Shown here: positions 59,384-64,000 of the stretch, piece after piece
Layout: the number at the start of each line of letters is the position of its first letter
How positions within the stretch are numbered: position 1 is the first letter of the stretch
Notes under the pieces: model-generated
The model's input: the letters and a program-made list of their open reading frames with translations, nothing else
What the model was told of the DNA's origin: nothing
Databases searched by the model: none
Assembly: GCA_043228905.1 (NCBI GenBank)
Contig: JBHGNT010000008.1
Location: 11,160,001 to 11,224,000 of the forward strand
DNA length: 64,000 nt
Reading direction: 5' to 3'
DNA from: Azolla caroliniana
Lineage: Eukaryota; Plantae; Polypodiophyta
Made by a program: the position numbers and the translations under genes

Positions 59384-62300
59384 TGTTGAGTGGCAAGCTC
59401 AACCGGAGCCGGATCGACTAAATAAGCCTGACCCGGTAAGCGAGATGAATCGGTATGCCGGTGAGCAACCGAGCCGGTAAGCAGTAAGGACCGGTGAGCT
59501 GGGGAGCCGGTATGCTAGATCCAATCCGTAACCGGAAGCCTAGTATAGGTTAAACTACTAGGCATGTATAGTCTCATAGTTAGTGTCAGATGCTCGTGTG
59601 AGCATTGAAGGACACCGTACTTCTAACAGTCCCGTGTGGACTTGTATAAATAGCGCTGATGAGCGCGTTGTAGACACAGAGCACAGAGTATTCATATAAT
59701 TTTGAAAAATAGTGTGTTTTGCTCTCTCTCTCTCTCTGTCTCTCTCTCTCTCCCGCGTACTCTTTGTCTGTGTGTGTGTGTGTGTATTGTTCTTTCTAAC
59801 GCTTCCGCAAGCAATCTTTCACATGGTATCAGAGCGCGTGGGTTGAGAACCTCTCTTGTAGACATCCACGCTTGTGAAGGAAACCCTAACAGATCGGAAA
59901 ACAGACACAAAAGGAGAAATGGACAGAGGTATGGCTACGTCGCTCCAGGTGGAGAAGCTCGACAGAACCAATTACACATCTTGGTCATACAAGATGCACC
60001 AGTACTTACTTGGGCATGGCTACTGGAGTTATGTCGACGGAGTGAACGACTCAGCACTGGAGACGACACATGACTTCCCAGTGTGGGAACAGGCGGCAAG
60101 CAGGGTTATGTACTGGTTCGCGTCCAATGTCGGTGACCAGCTGCTCAGCCATATCCGTGACGCCAAGAGACCGAAGGATGCTTGGGGAAACTTGAAAAAG
60201 GTCTTCGCCGCAAGCTCCACTGCCCGGAAGCTGCAACTCAGACAGGAGTTGAGCAATGTTCGACAGAAGGACATGTCGGTGACAGATTACACAGACCGGA
60301 TCAAAGGGATCTATGACTCGCTTGCCTCTATTAACGTCACCGTAGAGGAAGACGAGATGGTGTAGCTCTGTCTTGGAGGCCTGGCATCCAAATTCGGAGC
60401 TTTCCGGACTGTGGTCTGTACAAGGGAGAATACACCCTCATTTTTTGACTTACAATCGATGTTCCTTGTAGAGGAGAACCACGCTAGTGCATCTACCAGT
60501 GCATCCCTAGACAACCGGATGCTGTACACGGGAGCGGATCGGTCCCGCGGGCGTGGTGGACGAGGCAGGTCGGCACACAATGGAGGCAGCCGGCAAGAGC
60601 AGGAACGAAGGCACAGTGAGCGTGCCAACAACAGTTCCAGGACTTCCACAAGCAAGGGGAGTCAAGGTGGTGTCGGAGGCCGGCAAGACAAACCTGCTAC
60701 GAAATGCTGGTACTATGGCAAAAAGGGCCACAGGGAAAGCAAGTGCTGGAGAAAGCGTGCCAATTTGGACAAAATTGGATCCGGCAAGACCGGTAAGGAA
60801 GGCTGGCAAAGCTCGCACTACACAAATGGATCGGGAGGATTCAAGAACGGTAAGGGGCCTGCCTTGGTGATGAAGCACAAGGCAAACTCAATGAAGAACA
60901 CTTCCAAATCAGAGGAAGTGTCGTACGTTGACTCCGGCGCATCGAACCACATGATGAGCCACGGGGAGTGGTTCTCCTTTTTGGAGAAGCCGGATCAACC
61001 GGGAGTTGTCGAAACAGGAGACGACACTCCCCACCCCATCGTGCACGTCGGAGAAGTCCCTTTGAGCCACGTCAGACAGAGGGGGAAGCTGATGAATGTA
61101 TTACATGTTTCGACGATCATGAAGAACCTGGTGTCGGTCGGACAGATCGTCGACCAGGGGATGCAGGTGCGGTGTGGTTTACGCACCTCGGGTGCTTCAT
61201 TGAGGATGACTGCGAAGTTATTGCGCAAGGGCGCAGAGATGGGAGGATGTTTATCCTCAACACCAATGACGTTGGCACCGCACTATTCGCCAAAGGATAG
61301 AAGGTCGAGTCGGATATCGACCTGTGGCACAAGCGGATCGGCCACGTCAACTACCGGAGGCTTCAAGACCTGCAAACAGAACAAGTCGTTTTCGGTTTGC
61401 CGAAGTTTAGCGGCCGGAGAGCCCAGATTTGTGAAGCCTGCCAACTCGGGAAGCAACACCGGCTTCAATTCCCCACTGAAAGAAATCAAAGCCATAACAA
61501 GCTCGATCTTATCCATTCGGATGTGTGGGGACCGACACAAAATGTTAGCATTGGCGGGAGTCGATATTTCATCTCCTTCATCGACGACTACACGCGGCAT
61601 ACATGGATCTACCTCATTGAGCGGAAGAGCGAAGTCTTTGAGTGTTTCCGGAGCCTCCAGAAGATGGTGGAACGGGAATCGGAGAGAAAGATCAAATGCC
61701 TACAGTCGGATGGCGGAAAAGAGTACTTTTCCGGCCAATTCAACATCTATCTGCAACAAAAGGAATTCGGCGAGAATTCAGCTGCAGATACACACCGCAA
61801 CAGAACGGTGTGTCCGAAAGGAAGAATCGGTCGCTGATTGACGCGACTAGGGCAATGCTAAAGGAAAAGAGCATGCCCAAGTTCTACTGGGCGGAGGCAG
61901 TCCAAACGGCCGTTTACATCCAGAACCGGATTGGGGACAAGGTGTCAGCTCACGAGCTGTATTTTGGGCGCAAGCCGAATTTGAGACACCTCCGGATATT
62001 CGGCAGCATAGCCTATGTACATGTGCCCGATGAGAAGCGGAGAAAGTTGGATGCAAAATCGGAAAAATGCATCCTAGTTGGCTATGCTCAAGAGCAAAAG
62101 GGGGGTATAAGTGTTATAACCCCCGGATGAAGCAGGTCCGAGTCAGCCGAGATGTCGAGTTTGATGAATCGGCATCGTGGTATTCCTTACCGACTCCGAC
62201 TTCCGATCCCGACCCGATGTCGGAGGATGGGGCTAGTGAGCCCGAACCGGCCCAGGTAGAGAAAGATGAAGCTGGGACTCAAGATGAGAGTCCGGAATCG

Positions 62301-64000
62301 TTCCGGTTAAGGAGACCGAATGAGAGACTGGATTAGTCCAACCAGTCGGATGATGAGACGACGAGTAGTGGAGACTCTGTCGTGCTCTCCCCGCGCAAGG
62401 AACCGAGGAGACGGTTCACACGCAAAGAGAAAGGGAAGCGGAAGATGCCGGAATTCGAGACCGGCAATGATGAGTCGGATCGGTGCGTATCTGACTTCAG
62501 CAAGGACATAGGCAGATCTTCGGGAACGAAGACTGAACCGGCCAAAAAGGGTCTCATACCGGGTAACGGTGAGTTACGCCAGTCCACCCGCCAGAAGGAT
62601 CCCGCTAAACGGTACGGGTATAACGAGTACATGGTGCATCATTATGCGTACATGACCAAGGTTGCAGAAGTGCGTGAGCCGGAGAGCTATGCAGAAGTGG
62701 CAAAGGACGCAAATTGGTGTGCCGCTATGGAGGAAGAAATGCGGGCACTGGATGCCAACGAAACTTGGGACCTGGTTGACCCTCCCCGTCACTATAAACC
62801 GATAGGATGCAAGTGGGTGCACAAGGTAAAGTACAATGACGACGGTATAGTTAACCGGTACAAGGCCCGGTTAGTGGCGAAGGGATATGCGCAGACCCAC
62901 AGAATCGACTACGACGAGACCTTCGCTCCTGTACCGAAGATGACGACGGTACAGTTAACCGGTACAAGGCCCGGTTAGTGGCGAAGGGATATGTGCAGAC
63001 CCACGGAATCGACTACGACGAGACCTTCGCTCCTGTAGCGAAGATGACGACGGTTCGTGTGGTACTGGCGGTTGCTGCGGCAAGGGGGTGGCATCTTCAC
63101 CAGATGGATGTGAAGAATGCCTTCCTTCAAGGAGATCTTGAAGAAGAAGTCTTTATGACTCAGCCCTCCGGATTTCAGTGGGAGGTGAACAAGTCGGCGG
63201 TATGCCGGCTGAGGAAGTCGTTGTACGGCTTGAAGCAAGCCCCTCGTGCTTGGAATGCTAAGATCACACACTGGTTGCGAAAGATGGGGTTTGCTGCCTC
63301 TAAGTCAGACTCTTCCCTATTCATCCATCAAGGCTCAAACAGTTCGGTATGTATCTTACTCTATGTTGATGATTTAGTCATCACCGGCCCAGGTCTTCCG
63401 GAAATCAACCGCGTCAAGTCCCAGTTGTCGGACGCATTCGATATGAAGGACTTGGGGGACCTTCATTATTTTTTGGGGATCGAGGTGATCCGCACCCTCA
63501 ATGGCATATTGCTTTCTCAACGCCATTATGTGTTGAATATACCGTACAAGTTCAGCATGACGGAATGCCGACTTGTCTCCACACCCTTGGACCGGAATCA
63601 GAAGATCCGTCCCAACTCCGGACTAGCCTGCGATGACAAACGGTTCCGAAAAATAGTCGGAAGCCTGATCTACTTGACCATCACCTGAACCGACATTAGC
63701 TATCCGGTTAGAGTGGTAAGCCAATTCATGCAAAAGCCGACCGTGGACCACCTTCAGTGCGTGCAACGAATACTGAGGTATGTAAGCGGCACTAAGGACC
63801 GGGGGCTCTTATACCGGCAAGGTATAACCGAAGAGCTTGTCGGCTACACGGATGCCGACTGGGCTGGCGATGTAACGGATCATCGCTCAACTTCCGGCTT
63901 TATGTTTTCTCTTGGGAGCACGACTGTTGCGTGGAGCAGCAAAAAGCAGCCAACAATGGCTCTATCCAGCACTGAGGCTGAATACCGGGGCGCGATTGTT
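59384..64000 (+). mobile_element. Ty1/copia family B-related copy: 5' LTR 59384-59823, PBS-Met 59824-59835, gag-pol relics running off the window
   Basis: TGTTGAG...TTTCACA followed by TGGTATCAGAGC; gag, PR (YVDSGASNHM), IN and RT (LYVDDL) motifs with stops and frameshifts. Confidence 0.92.
62836..63054 (+). repeat. 104-bp tandem duplication inside copia RT
   Basis: ATGACGACGGT occurs at 62836, 62940 and 63044; the duplication frameshifts RT. Confidence 0.9.

Overview
This is a eukaryotic land-plant genomic window; a seed-free plant such as a fern is my guess. It is dominated by nested LTR retrotransposons: six Ty1/copia copies, one young Ty3/gypsy with a large extra ORF, two solo LTRs, a tRNA-Trp-primed deleted element and a TRIM-like element. 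It also holds a LINE ORF1 relic, a Penelope-like retroelement with a hammerhead ribozyme and ~845-bp inverted arms, and one host gene (FORKED1/VAN3-binding-protein-like, 7 exons, 29250-33133). The standout is a 9.0-kb cut-and-paste DNA transposon (2204-11194; 37-bp TIRs, 4-bp TSD TGAA) with two divergently transcribed genes. One is a Sola1-like transposase with a BAH/Tudor-like C-terminus. The other is a spliced ~969-aa gene fusing a ParB/Srx-like domain to a bacterial/phage-type beta-class amino (m6A/m4C) DNA methyltransferase, with an array of ~22 palindromic 23-bp sites in its predicted first intron. A second, diverged copy of the ParB-MTase gene lies on the minus strand (~35230-55936), broken by nested insertions but with the same catalytic motif and intron positions. 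All family calls come from motif recognition by eye; no database search was run.
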